From assembly GCA_030603365.1 (NCBI GenBank), contig JAUVXV010000001.1, forward strand, positions 320,001-384,000: DNA of 64,000 nt. Direction: 5' to 3'. Numbering within the stretch: position 1 is the first letter of the stretch; the number at the start of each line of letters is the position of its first letter. Shown one piece after another: positions 36,885-46,919 of the stretch. The position numbers and the translations under genes are program-made. This DNA is from Candidatus Heimdallarchaeota archaeon. GTDB lineage: Archaea > Asgardarchaeota > Heimdallarchaeia > Heimdallarchaeales > Heimdallarchaeaceae. The notes under the pieces were generated by a model. That model made no database searches. It saw only the letters and a list, made by a program, of their open reading frames with translations, and was not told the DNA's origin.

Positions 36885-38237
36885 CTATATAAATGGTGCA
36901 ATGAATAGAGAAATACTTAGTAGTAAAGAATAAGCTAAGCAAGTTAGTATGGTCATAGCTGATGCTGGTATCATCGCTAGATAGTTATCATAGTTTTTTA
37001 TTGCAGTAATAGCTGCTTTTATCGGTAATGGAAGAGAAATCAGCACAATCAAACTCAAAACAGGTAAAATCTGTAAAACAACATAAAGTACTAGTAAAAG
37101 GTAAGTCAATAAAGAAACGCATACAAATAGAATAATACTTCTCTTTTTTCCTAAAATTACCACCCAATTCTTTTTCCCTTTAGCTTTATCAGATTCATAA
37201 TCTGGAAACTGATTAATGAATAATATAAGGGATATCAACAATCCAACTAAAATTGAAACAAACAGTGGAGTCCATGAAAAGATTTCATTTTGCACATAGT
37301 ATGATCCATAGATTATAGCAGGTCCAAGACTCAGAAAAATAGCAAATTCACCTAATCCATAATATACTAATTTGAATGGAACACCTACATAGAATATTCC
37401 AAGAAAAACTCCAGCTATACCAATATATAAAATAATATTTCCCTCTACTGTGAAATTAAGAAAGAATCCAATAATAATACAAAAAATAAGATTGATGAAG
37501 GCTGAAATTAAAACACGACTGGGAGCTAGTAATTTGTTCTGTATCATTCTTGAACCTCCTGAAAAAGGTGTCTGTTGAACATTAATCTCATCTAATCCAG
37601 AACGATGATCAAAGTAGTCATTACTCAAATCTGCACTAATATGGAAAAATAATATGCCCAAAAGCGTTAAAATAAAATTAAGCCACGAATTTAAAGTACC
37701 AGTCTCAAAGAAAGCAACTGCGGTTCCCACAAGTACACCTATCAAACTTACAGAAATAAAGGGTAATCTTACAGCTCTTGTCCAAAACTTCAATGTAGAA
37801 GTAATTCTATTTAGAAATCGACTTATGTTAGAGGATTCGTTTTCTGTGAAATGGTATTCAAAATTCCATTTTTCTACTTCCATTTCTAAAGGAATTACCT
37901 CAATAAGTTCCAAACCAAAAATACCTTGTGGGAGTAAAAAGTCATTTTTAGATAAGTCCTCTAAAATCTCTTCTTTTAGATGATGATTCTTCAAAATTCT
38001 AGCTCTGCCTTTTATGTTTAGACTCTTTTCTTCATCTTTGACTACCATTATAACATTGGAATTATATTTTATATGCTCAATATGAATGCTATTAGCTAGT
38101 CCAACCAGATATATCTTATTTCTAGACTGTTTAAACGAAACTTGAACATTGTGTTTATTTCTATAACTTTGCGTAAAAAGCTGTAATTTAGAATGCTTAC
38201 TAAGAAATTTTTGAGCTTGTTCAAGCATTAAGTTCAA
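36885..38237 (-). CDS. MenA/UBIAD1-like UbiA prenyltransferase fused to an N-terminal split-barrel (PNPOx-like) domain
   Basis: 'NDYFDHRSGLD', 'GGSRMIQ', 'YYGLGE', 'NQFPDYESD...GK'. N-terminal ~130 aa with 'HIKYNSNV...IKGRARI...IEVIP'. Confidence 0.82.
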   Translation of the reverse strand: MNLMLEQAQKFLSKHSKLQLFTQSYRNKHNVQVSFKQSRNKIYLVGLANSIHIEHIKYNSNVIMVVKDEEKSLNIKGRARILKNHHLKEEILEDLSKNDFLLPQGIFGLELIEVIPLEMEVEKWNFEYHFTENESSNISRFLNRITSTLKFWTRAVRLPFISVSLIGVLVGTAVAFFETGTLNSWLNFILTLLGILFFHISADLSNDYFDHRSGLDEINVQQTPFSGGSRMIQNKLLAPSRVLISAFINLIFCIIIGFFLNFTVEGNIILYIGIAGVFLGIFYVGVPFKLVYYGLGEFAIFLSLGPAIIYGSYYVQNEIFSWTPLFVSILVGLLISLILFINQFPDYESDKAKGKKNWVVILGKKRSIILFVCVSLLTYLLLVLYVVLQILPVLSLIVLISLPLPIKAAITAIKNYDNYLAMIPASAMTILTCLAYSLLLSISLFIAPFI

Positions 38238-38309
38238 GGTATTATTTTTGTATTTAAAAGTTATTAAAAATAATTAAAGAAAAGGAAATAAGAAAAAGAG
38301 GGGGGATAT

Positions 38310-39965
38310 TTACATCATACCAGGCATTCCGCCCATTCCACCCATACCACCCATTCCACCTGGGGGCATTGCTGGTTTCTCTGATTTTGAAACGATGACG
38401 TCATCAATTCGCATAATCATGATGGAAGATTCACTTGCAGATTTGATTGCTTGAGATACAACTCTATGTGGTTCAATTATTCCTGCTTTAAACATATCAA
38501 CAATTTTACCATTCTTGAACAAGTTCAATCCCTGTGCAACATTTTCTTCAGCATGAGCAGAACGAAGTTCATTAAGAATATCAAGAGGGTCAATACCTGC
38601 ATTTTCTGCTAAAGTTGTTGGAATTGCAAGTAAAGCTTCTGCAAAAGCTTTGACAGCTAATTGTCTTTTATCTTTGAATTCATCTGCAAACTCTTCGAGT
38701 CTTAGGGATAATTCTGTATAGATTGCTCCTCCACCTGGTAAGTATGTTTTATCTTCAACAACATTTCTTACAACACAAAGTGCATCATGAGTTGCTCTTT
38801 CTGCTTCATCAGTTACATATTTGGTAGCTCCGTAGAGAACAATTGAAACAGATTTTGGACTCTTACACTCACGAACAAAAACGTGGTCATCATCACCAAT
38901 CTTAACTTCTTCTACCATACCAGCATAACCAAGATCCTCAGCTTTAGCATCTTTGAGGTGTGTAACGATTTTTCCTCCAGTAGCACGGGCAAGTTTTTCC
39001 ATATCGCTTTTCTTAACCCTTCTCAAGGCAAGAATGTCGTTCTTAGCCATGAAATATTGAGCCATATCGTCAATGCCTTTTTGGGCAACTACAACAGTTG
39101 CCCCAGTAGCTACTATCTGATCAACCATATCTCTAATAATTTGTTCCTCATTATCTAGAAAAGATTTCATTTCTAATGGATCGTTAATCCTAATTTCTCT
39201 ATCCCATTCACCTTTCTGAACTTCAACATTATAGTTGAGTAAAAGGATTTTAGCATCTTTAACTCTCTTGGGCATAGCAGTATGTACAACTTCCTTATCA
39301 ACAATGACACCTTCAACAAGTTCTGACTGAACAAGATTCTTACCAGTCTTTTGGAGTATTTTGATATTGTCGAGATCAACTTTGAAATTACCATTGTCTT
39401 CGTCGGCAACTTTCTTAATACTGTCAACGGCTATTTTTTCAATGAGTTCTTTTGCTCCATGAACAGCTTTACTGTTCAAAGCAGTTCCTGCAATTTGAAG
39501 AAGAAGTTTCTCATCTTCAATAGGATTCAACTTCTTGGCATATTTGTCAATAAGCTCTTGAGCTTTCTGAGAAGCTGCTTTGTAACCTTCAACAATTAAA
39601 GAAGCATGAATTTTCTTATCTAGAAGCTCACCTCCTAGCCTAAGAAGCTCACCAGCAACAACAACAGCACTGGTAGTTCCATCTCCTGTTTCAACATCCT
39701 GAGCTTTTGCAATTTGAACTATCATTTTGGCTGCTGGGTGTTGAACATCAATTTCATCAAGCAAAGTAGCACCATCGTTAGAGATTAAAATATCTCCTAG
39801 AGAGTCTACCAACATTTTGTCCATACCTTTAGGACCAAGAGTGCTCTTAATAGTATCAGCAACAATAGTTGCTGCCATAATATTATTTCGTTGAGCATCT
39901 CGACCTTTGGACCTTTCAGTTCCTTCTTTGAGAATTATGACTGGAATTTGACCTTGACCCATCAT
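38310..39965 (-). CDS. Thermosome (group II chaperonin) subunit
   Basis: TLGPKGMDKML, NDGATLL, GDGTTS, GGM-repeat tail. Confidence 0.97.
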   Translation of the reverse strand: MMGQGQIPVIILKEGTERSKGRDAQRNNIMAATIVADTIKSTLGPKGMDKMLVDSLGDILISNDGATLLDEIDVQHPAAKMIVQIAKAQDVETGDGTTSAVVVAGELLRLGGELLDKKIHASLIVEGYKAASQKAQELIDKYAKKLNPIEDEKLLLQIAGTALNSKAVHGAKELIEKIAVDSIKKVADEDNGNFKVDLDNIKILQKTGKNLVQSELVEGVIVDKEVVHTAMPKRVKDAKILLLNYNVEVQKGEWDREIRINDPLEMKSFLDNEEQIIRDMVDQIVATGATVVVAQKGIDDMAQYFMAKNDILALRRVKKSDMEKLARATGGKIVTHLKDAKAEDLGYAGMVEEVKIGDDDHVFVRECKSPKSVSIVLYGATKYVTDEAERATHDALCVVRNVVEDKTYLPGGGAIYTELSLRLEEFADEFKDKRQLAVKAFAEALLAIPTTLAENAGIDPLDILNELRSAHAEENVAQGLNLFKNGKIVDMFKAGIIEPHRVVSQAIKSASESSIMIMRIDDVIVSKSEKPAMPPGGMGGMGGMGGMPGMM

Positions 39966-40113
39966 TTTTTACACCTTTGTTTAGTATATTGGCATGTTTT
40001 AGCATGACATTATATACATTTTTCAAGTTGATGTGTCTAATCACTGATATATAATTCTTACTATCTTGAAAAAAATATAAAAACTGCTTGAAAATATTTA
40101 TTTAGTTAACAAA

Positions 40114-40382
40114 ATGTCTAATATATTTGGTGCTCTTGTGATGGCACCTTGGGAATTTATTTTATATTTAGCTATTGCTTTGATTTTAGGGTTATTAGTT
40201 TGTGCTACTTGTGGATTATCTCAACGTTCTTCTTCTTCACCTTCACAATTTTACCAACAACTTGTACAATCCTTCGTTGAAACCCAACTTTCTACCCTGA
40301 CCTGTATTCATGTGGGATTGTTATGGATAGTGATTCAATTTTCTGTAGAAGATGTGGTAGAAAGTCGTCAGAATCACAGTAA
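40114..40382 (+). pseudogene. TM + zinc-ribbon protein with a 1-nt frameshift near 40311
   Basis: Frame 0 gives ...TLTCIH; the -1 frame from 40311 gives CGIVMDSDSIFCRRCGRKSSESQ*. Together they form a CxxC-x10-CxxC ribbon. Confidence 0.75.
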
Positions 40383-40514
40383 TTGAAGTAACACTATAAT
40401 TACGTTGTATGAAAACTTTAATTCCAAATGCATAAAGCTGTTTTATTTCATTCAGATATTAAGAAAATCTTTTTATCGTTCTATTCTAAATGTTTCCTAC
40501 TGGGGTTATTCCAT

Positions 40515-42086
40515 ATGGCTGAAGACGAAACTCTTCAAGATACTGAGAGAATGAGAGTATTATTCTTTACAAGTCCTGATTGTTTTGCATGTCCAGAGGT
40601 AGAAAGAGTGATAGAGAACATCGCTGGTACTTCCATGAAGGGAATTCTTCATGTGAGTACAATTGATATCTCTGAAGACCAAGAAATAGCCGCTCAATAT
40701 GGAATCATGAGTGTTCCTGTTATCATGATAAATGATGAAAGGATTGCTGAAGGTCTTATTACAGAAGATGTTATCAGAGAAAAACTCTGGTCCCATATTC
40801 TACCAAACATAATTGAAAAAGAAAGAGATACTCGACGTACAGAGAGTATGATGATTTTAACAAAAAACACAATTAGTAGTATTATTTCACAAGAGCTCGT
40901 TCGTAAGAATCTTGGAGATTATGTTCATATTAGCGTTTATCAACAAGTGATGATGTCTCTCTTACAATTAGATCCTTTAATTCCTCAGCTTCTATATCAA
41001 AATGGTAGAGAACTAGGAATTTTCGGTGCTGCACCATATTATCTTACTGTTCTTAACCCCAAAGTAGGTGCTGTTAAGCCTGAAGAAAGATTTCAAGAAA
41101 CTCTAATCGCTTTAGCTCTGCTATATAGTCATAATAATACTGTACCGTTGTATTATGCAACTCAATGTGATGTAGCTAAGATGGAAGGCTATACCGCAAC
41201 ACTTCGTATTTATGAACTTGCTAATAGTGCTGGAGCAATTAACATTGGTGAAACACTTTGTCATTTTACTGCAGGAGAAATTGCTGGTACTGTTGAGGCA
41301 ATGATTGGATCTGCCACTAGTGTAAAAGAATCAAGATGTAAAGGATTAGGAGATCCATTTTGCGAATTCGAAATAGAAGTATATCTTGGAAAGGAACCTG
41401 GAAAAGCTCCTTATCGTGTTCATGAAACTAAACTAGAGGATAGGCAAGTACAATTTCTAGGAGATTTCCCTGAAGAGGATCATAGAAGACAATTATACTA
41501 CGAGTTTATACATGGGACAACTTTACATGGTTATAATTCCCTAAAAATGACAGAAGCGCTTAGACCAAATGATGTAGATTATGTTCACATTAGCGCACTA
41601 CAACAACAAATTATCTCTCTTAAGTTCAAAGACAAATTCTGTGGTGCTTTACTTTATTCTGCTGGTAGAGAATTAGGTGTCATCGGACCAGGTAAGTCAT
41701 TAATCTATGATTTACTTGCAAAAGAAAAAGCAGAACTACCAATCAAATCACTTGCACAAGCTACTAGGATTATGAAAGAATATTTCACTCATCCAACAAA
41801 TTACTTACCGAGAGCTCATTCATTTGTTGAAGTTTTTGAAGGTGAAGATGAAGATGAAATGTTCTTGAGAATTTATGAATGTGCGTATGCATCTGGTGCG
41901 AATTTTTCTGAAACTGATATGAAAGAAACTCTTTGTGATTTTCAATCCGGGTATATAGCAGGTCGTTTAGCACTAATTCTGGATGCTCCTCCAATCGTTA
42001 CAGAAACAAAATGTCATGGAACAGGACATAATTATTGTGAATTTAGGATAGAAAAAGGATATACTTTCGAAGAAGAAGGACAATAA
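40515..42086 (+). CDS. Thioredoxin-like domain + two tandem V4R domains
   Basis: 'FTSPDCFACP...YGIMSVP'. Two repeats of 'LC.F..G.IAG...E..C.G.G...CEF' and of 'DYVHIS..QQ...LLY..GRELG'. Confidence 0.85.
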   Translation: MAEDETLQDTERMRVLFFTSPDCFACPEVERVIENIAGTSMKGILHVSTIDISEDQEIAAQYGIMSVPVIMINDERIAEGLITEDVIREKLWSHILPNIIEKERDTRRTESMMILTKNTISSIISQELVRKNLGDYVHISVYQQVMMSLLQLDPLIPQLLYQNGRELGIFGAAPYYLTVLNPKVGAVKPEERFQETLIALALLYSHNNTVPLYYATQCDVAKMEGYTATLRIYELANSAGAINIGETLCHFTAGEIAGTVEAMIGSATSVKESRCKGLGDPFCEFEIEVYLGKEPGKAPYRVHETKLEDRQVQFLGDFPEEDHRRQLYYEFIHGTTLHGYNSLKMTEALRPNDVDYVHISALQQQIISLKFKDKFCGALLYSAGRELGVIGPGKSLIYDLLAKEKAELPIKSLAQATRIMKEYFTHPTNYLPRAHSFVEVFEGEDEDEMFLRIYECAYASGANFSETDMKETLCDFQSGYIAGRLALILDAPPIVTETKCHGTGHNYCEFRIEKGYTFEEEGQ

Positions 42087-42172
42087 GAATCTTCTTCTGT
42101 TCGGAAGGATAATATTTATAACTTAACTTTTTTGTAGATTTCAAGAACATCTTTATTGAAAGGAAGATTACT

Positions 42173-42658
42173 ATGAGTTCAAAAATGAGAATACTGGACA
42201 AACAATCTATGTGGCCAAGCGTTGTTGCAGTTTTTGCAATTTCATTCTTAGCTCAAATACCACATTTTTATTACTTGCATAATATTGTTGAATTTAACAC
42301 CTGGGATTATCTTCCATTGTTGATTGCTTTTCCAATTTTTGGAACATTAGTCTTAACAGCTGTTTCCCTCTTGGTATCTGAAACTCTTATGAATAGAGTC
42401 AGGGATGTAAGAGAAAGAAAATTATACAGATATCTCTTAAGAGGGGCTCTTTACACAGTATTACTTTATTTCTTTATACAGATTTTTATAGTATTCTTTG
42501 GTTTTGAAGCAGTAAAAGTATTTAGTGATCTCATGCCTCCAGATCTAGTTGATAGAGTTGCATTCAAAGAAATATTTGGAATGTCTATAATGTTAATAGT
42601 TGGTTTATTCATCAATCCACCCATTCAGATATCAAGAAGACGAGGTAAAAAGAAATAA
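42173..42658 (+). CDS. Hypothetical 4-TM membrane protein
   Basis: Four hydrophobic segments and a basic C-terminus. Confidence 0.65.
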   Translation: MSSKMRILDKQSMWPSVVAVFAISFLAQIPHFYYLHNIVEFNTWDYLPLLIAFPIFGTLVLTAVSLLVSETLMNRVRDVRERKLYRYLLRGALYTVLLYFFIQIFIVFFGFEAVKVFSDLMPPDLVDRVAFKEIFGMSIMLIVGLFINPPIQISRRRGKKK

Positions 42659-42881
42659 TCTTTGAAAGAAATACATCTCTCTTTTTAATTTCTTTTTAGG
42701 TTTATATATTATAATGTTAATTTCTCATTGAAGCTAGCTTACTTTCTCTGCTGATTGGTTTCAAGTATTTGTCTCTACTCAAAACTTTCGTTTCACCAGC
42801 TTTAGGAAGCTAGCTTCTTTTTCCATCTTTAATTGAATAATAATTAATTAAAAAACAAGAAAAATAAAAATAAAAGAGAAA

Positions 42882-44399
42882 TTAAGGTATATATTCACCT
42901 TTTTCTCGTTTTTCTTTCAAAAGTTTATAGGATAAAACTAGATTTCTTACTGACCAACCAGAATCAATTCTTCCAACAGAAGTCCATTTTGGTGCATGAT
43001 GAGCATAGTCAGGATCAACCTTAGCTTTCTCCATTTCTTCTGCTACAGTTGCAACATATTTATCAATTCTGTCCTTATTCTCATTTTCTGTTGGCTCAAC
43101 CATCCAAGCTTCATGAGCAATAAGTGGGAAGTAAACTGTTGGTGCATGCAAACCTCTACTGAGTAGCATCTTAGCAATGTCCATTCCTGAAACATCATAA
43201 TTTCTTAAGAATGGAGTTGCTTCTAGAACACCTTCATGTTTTCTAGGAATATCTGGACCATGACTTAGTCTAAAACCATCAAGTTTCTCAAGTTTTCTAA
43301 CTGCATAATTTGCAGTTAAAACAGCATGGTTGGCAGTGTTTACAAGTCCCTTATATCCTAATGCAGCGATGTATGCATAAGCTCTAAGTGCAATGGCTAC
43401 ATTACCATAATATCCATGTAATTTTCCAACAGATTTTGGTCTATCGTAATTGAAATAATAATAGTCTTTGTCTTTATCATAATCTATTGTTGGAACTGGA
43501 AGGTATGGCTCTAATATCTCATTACAACATACTGCTGCAGATCCTGGACCTCCACCACCATGTGGTGTTGCGAATGTTTTATGCAAGTTAAAGTGTAAAA
43601 CGTCGTAACCCATATCTCCTGGTCGTACTTTTCCTATAATTGCATTGAAGTTAGCACCATCATAGTAAAGTAATCCACCTGAGTCTCTTACGATGTTAGA
43701 CATTTCAATAATGTCTTTTTCGAAAATTCCAAGCGTATTAGGATTAGTTAACATCAAACCTGCTGTTTTATCAGACACAGCTGATTTTAGTGCATCCATA
43801 TTTACTCTCCCATCATCATTGGATTTGATTTCAATGAGTTTCATTCCGTTCATGACGGTACTAGCTGGGTTTGTTCCATGACTTGAGTCTGGAGCAATGA
43901 TTTCATCTCTTTGGGTATCTCCTTGATCCTCATGATATGCTTTGATTAATGCTAAACCACAATATTCTCCACTTGCACCAGCTGGTGTTTGCAAAGTTGT
44001 ATACTTAAGCCCTGCTAAATCAGCAAGTGCAACTTGTAGTTCATACATGATTTCAAGCAAACCTTGAGCTGTTTCTTCAGGTTGGTTAGGATGCATATAC
44101 ATCATTTTCTCAGAACGAGCAACAGTTTCGTTGATCTTAGGATTATACTTCATTGTGCATGATCCCAATGGATATGTGTTTATGTCAATACAATAGTTCA
44201 TGTGAGATAAACGTACATAGTGACGCATAACTTCTCCTTCATGAAGCTCAGGCAAATCTGGAGGAGCTGTTCTAATCATGTTTTCAGGAATCTTTATTTT
44301 ATCTCTTGAGAAGTCACATCTTGGTGGAATATGAGCTTTTCTACCTTTCTTACCTAACTCAAAAATAAGTGGTTCGTCATATTTTGCTTGTCGGTACAT
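42882..44399 (-). CDS. gcvPB: Glycine dehydrogenase (decarboxylating) subunit 2
   Basis: 'YPLGSCTMKYNPK', 'SHGTNPAS', 'LNLHKTF'-type 'FNLHKTFATPHGGGGPG', 'EPTE'. Confidence 0.96.
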   Translation of the reverse strand: MYRQAKYDEPLIFELGKKGRKAHIPPRCDFSRDKIKIPENMIRTAPPDLPELHEGEVMRHYVRLSHMNYCIDINTYPLGSCTMKYNPKINETVARSEKMMYMHPNQPEETAQGLLEIMYELQVALADLAGLKYTTLQTPAGASGEYCGLALIKAYHEDQGDTQRDEIIAPDSSHGTNPASTVMNGMKLIEIKSNDDGRVNMDALKSAVSDKTAGLMLTNPNTLGIFEKDIIEMSNIVRDSGGLLYYDGANFNAIIGKVRPGDMGYDVLHFNLHKTFATPHGGGGPGSAAVCCNEILEPYLPVPTIDYDKDKDYYYFNYDRPKSVGKLHGYYGNVAIALRAYAYIAALGYKGLVNTANHAVLTANYAVRKLEKLDGFRLSHGPDIPRKHEGVLEATPFLRNYDVSGMDIAKMLLSRGLHAPTVYFPLIAHEAWMVEPTENENKDRIDKYVATVAEEMEKAKVDPDYAHHAPKWTSVGRIDSGWSVRNLVLSYKLLKEKREKGEYIP

Positions 44400-44400
44400 T

Positions 44401-45786
44401 TTAATTCCTCCATTCTCCTATGGCCTTAACATAATCGTTAAGATCCTCTTCACATAGCAGATATGATGTTGTGACTAGATAGTCGTAGTTATTTCCATCA
44501 AACGAGTGAGGAATTCCAGGAAAGATTTTTCTTTCAAGCATGAAATCTGTAAATTCCTTCTTTTTCTCTTTTGGAATCTTCAAATCAAGAACAAAAGTAT
44601 TGAAGAACTCACTATCAAAAATCCTTTTGATTCCATTCTTTTCTAATTCTTCTGCTACATAATGAGCACTAAGATACATAGTTTCTGCACTATCTTTATA
44701 CCCTTCTGGACCAAGAAGTGACAGATGAATAGCACAACTTAAGGCAATTAGGCCTTCATTTGTACAAATATTACTTGTAGCTCTTTCTCTTTTGATGTGT
44801 TGTTCTCTTGTTTCAAGAGTATTAGCATAAGCTCTTTCTCCTTCATTGGATGTAGTTGTTATTCCCACTATACGTCCAGGCATCTGTCTAGTTTCTCTTC
44901 TATCGAATTTCATTGCTAAAATTCCTAAAAGAGGACCTCCAAAGTTGAGCGGACCACCACCTATTGTTTGACCTTCTCCTATACAGATGTCAGCTCCATA
45001 TTCAGCAGGTGGTTTCATAAGTGCTAAAGAGTTCATATCTGCTCCAACAACAACTTTAACGCCGTGTTCGTGAGCTTTAGTAATAATTTCATCCAATTTA
45101 TCTTCAATAACTCCAAAGAAATTTGGGTTTTCTATGTAAATACCGGCAACGGTATCATCCAACATTTCTTTAGCTTTAGTAATATCTATCTTACCGGTTG
45201 CAGGGTCATATGGAATTGATGCTAGCTCTAGATTAGCTCCAACTACATAACTCTTCAGAACAGCTTCTCTGTTTGGTGCAGTAGCAGCTGTATAGATGAA
45301 TTTGTTTCTTTTAGTGATTCTAGCTGACATAAGTGCAGCTTCGCCCACTCCAGTAGCCCAATCATATAAAGAGCAGTTGGCAACATTCATACCTGTTAAT
45401 TCACAAATCATACTTTGATACTCAAATAAACTCTGGAGAGTTCCTTGGGATATCTCAGGTTGATAAGGAGTATAAGCACTGTAAAATTCAGTTCTTCTGA
45501 GCAGTTCATCTTGGATAGCTGGCATATAAATGTCCAAAACTCCTCCACCGATGAATGATCTAACCTCTCTTGTGGTGATATTTTTACTTAGTTTAGTTTT
45601 AATAGCTTCTAATAGCTCATATTCACTCTTGTAGAAAGGAAGATCTAACTCACCTTTGAAACGAATTTCATCAGGTATATCGGAATATAACTCTTCAATA
45701 TCTTTGATACCGAGATATTCCATCATTTCATCCAGATCTTGCTGACTGTTTGCAAGGTATGGGTGTCCTTTAAAATCATTTTTCAT
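44401..45786 (-). CDS. gcvPA: Glycine dehydrogenase (decarboxylating) subunit 1
   Basis: 'YTPYQPEISQGTLQSLFEYQ', 'REQHIKRERATSNICTN'. Confidence 0.96.
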   Translation of the reverse strand: MKNDFKGHPYLANSQQDLDEMMEYLGIKDIEELYSDIPDEIRFKGELDLPFYKSEYELLEAIKTKLSKNITTREVRSFIGGGVLDIYMPAIQDELLRRTEFYSAYTPYQPEISQGTLQSLFEYQSMICELTGMNVANCSLYDWATGVGEAALMSARITKRNKFIYTAATAPNREAVLKSYVVGANLELASIPYDPATGKIDITKAKEMLDDTVAGIYIENPNFFGVIEDKLDEIITKAHEHGVKVVVGADMNSLALMKPPAEYGADICIGEGQTIGGGPLNFGGPLLGILAMKFDRRETRQMPGRIVGITTTSNEGERAYANTLETREQHIKRERATSNICTNEGLIALSCAIHLSLLGPEGYKDSAETMYLSAHYVAEELEKNGIKRIFDSEFFNTFVLDLKIPKEKKKEFTDFMLERKIFPGIPHSFDGNNYDYLVTTSYLLCEEDLNDYVKAIGEWRN

Positions 45787-45845
45787 TTTTGTACCTCTTT
45801 ATTATATATAAAAATAGAGGGGGAAAAAATTCACCTCTAAAAAAT

Positions 45846-46274
45846 CTAATGAGTTCCTTCTTCTATTTCTTTTTCGACTTGTTTTGCATACTCTTCAGCA
45901 CTGATCAAAACATCTGTACCAGCTGTTGGCTTGACCTTTAACATCCAACCTTCAGCGTAACAGTCTTCTGTGATTACTGCTGCATCATCCTCTAAGTCTG
46001 AATGAACCTCAACAACTTCACAATCGAAAGGAGCATAAAAATCAGAAACTGTCTTCAAAGCTTCAATGATACCCATTGATTCACCAGTAGAAAAGGTATC
46101 ACCTACTGCTGGAAGCTCTACATATGCTAATTCACCAAGCTCTACAGCTGCATAGTTTGTGACGCCGTATAACCAGACGCCATTTTCTTCTAGTACCCAT
46201 TCATGTGTTGTTGTATATTTGTAGGGTTCTTTCAAGAATTTGTATTTATCTTTAAGTACAATTTCGTCTACCAT
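45846..46274 (-). CDS. gcvH: Glycine cleavage system H protein
   Basis: 'YTTTHEWV', 'GVTNYA..ELGEL.YVELP', lipoyl-Lys 'IEALKTVSD', 'GWM'. Confidence 0.95.
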   Translation of the reverse strand: MVDEIVLKDKYKFLKEPYKYTTTHEWVLEENGVWLYGVTNYAAVELGELAYVELPAVGDTFSTGESMGIIEALKTVSDFYAPFDCEVVEVHSDLEDDAAVITEDCYAEGWMLKVKPTAGTDVLISAEEYAKQVEKEIEEGTH

Positions 46275-46390
46275 TTTGAATCATCTTCTTTTGTAGAATT
46301 GATTTAACGAAAAGAAGTTCAGTTTATAAATATTATTAATAAGATACGATTTGATTTTCTTCATTAGTTTATTAAGTATAGAACCTTTTT

Positions 46391-46819
46391 CTATAAGTCT
46401 ACAATAACATGACAATACCATTCTTTCTCTTGTTTTTCTAGTACAAATTTATGCATAGTAACAGCTTTCACATCTGTTAAGATTTCATTTTTTGTATAAT
46501 CAATTGTTGCCCCATGAGCTGTACATTTGAGAAAATAGTCGTTGTTTTCAGTTATATCAATATTATAATCCTTAAATAGAATTGATTCAACATCTTTAAG
46601 GAAAACTAGTTCTCCCAGGAAATCATAAAGCAACAAATTAAGATTCTCAGATTTAATTTCAAAATCCCAAGTTTTATCAGATTCTAATTCTTCAACGTTT
46701 ACCATAGCTAACATCATTGCTATTCCTGCTCCTCTAAACAGTTCTGAAAGAGTATCTGAATGAACTTCAAAAGCAAAATCGGATTTTACTTCCTCTGTTA
46801 GTATTTTGTATCTGAACAT
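46391..46819 (-). CDS. Archease (RtcB activator)
   Basis: 'SDFAFEV', 'LLYDFLGELVF', C-terminal 'VKAVTMH...IVDL'. Probable start ATG 46819. Confidence 0.88.
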   Translation of the reverse strand: MFRYKILTEEVKSDFAFEVHSDTLSELFRGAGIAMMLAMVNVEELESDKTWDFEIKSENLNLLLYDFLGELVFLKDVESILFKDYNIDITENNDYFLKCTAHGATIDYTKNEILTDVKAVTMHKFVLEKQEKEWYCHVIVDL

Positions 46820-46919
46820 TGAAATCACTTGAATTATAACTAAACGAAATAAAAATAATCCCTTGTTTGTTTTTTTCTGATAAAACACGAGATTTATTAA
46901 AACCTAGCTTTTCTTTTAG

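Noticed and set aside
38313-38370. Short tandem repeat at the thermosome 3' end
   Set aside because: Ordinary GGM-coding chaperonin tail.
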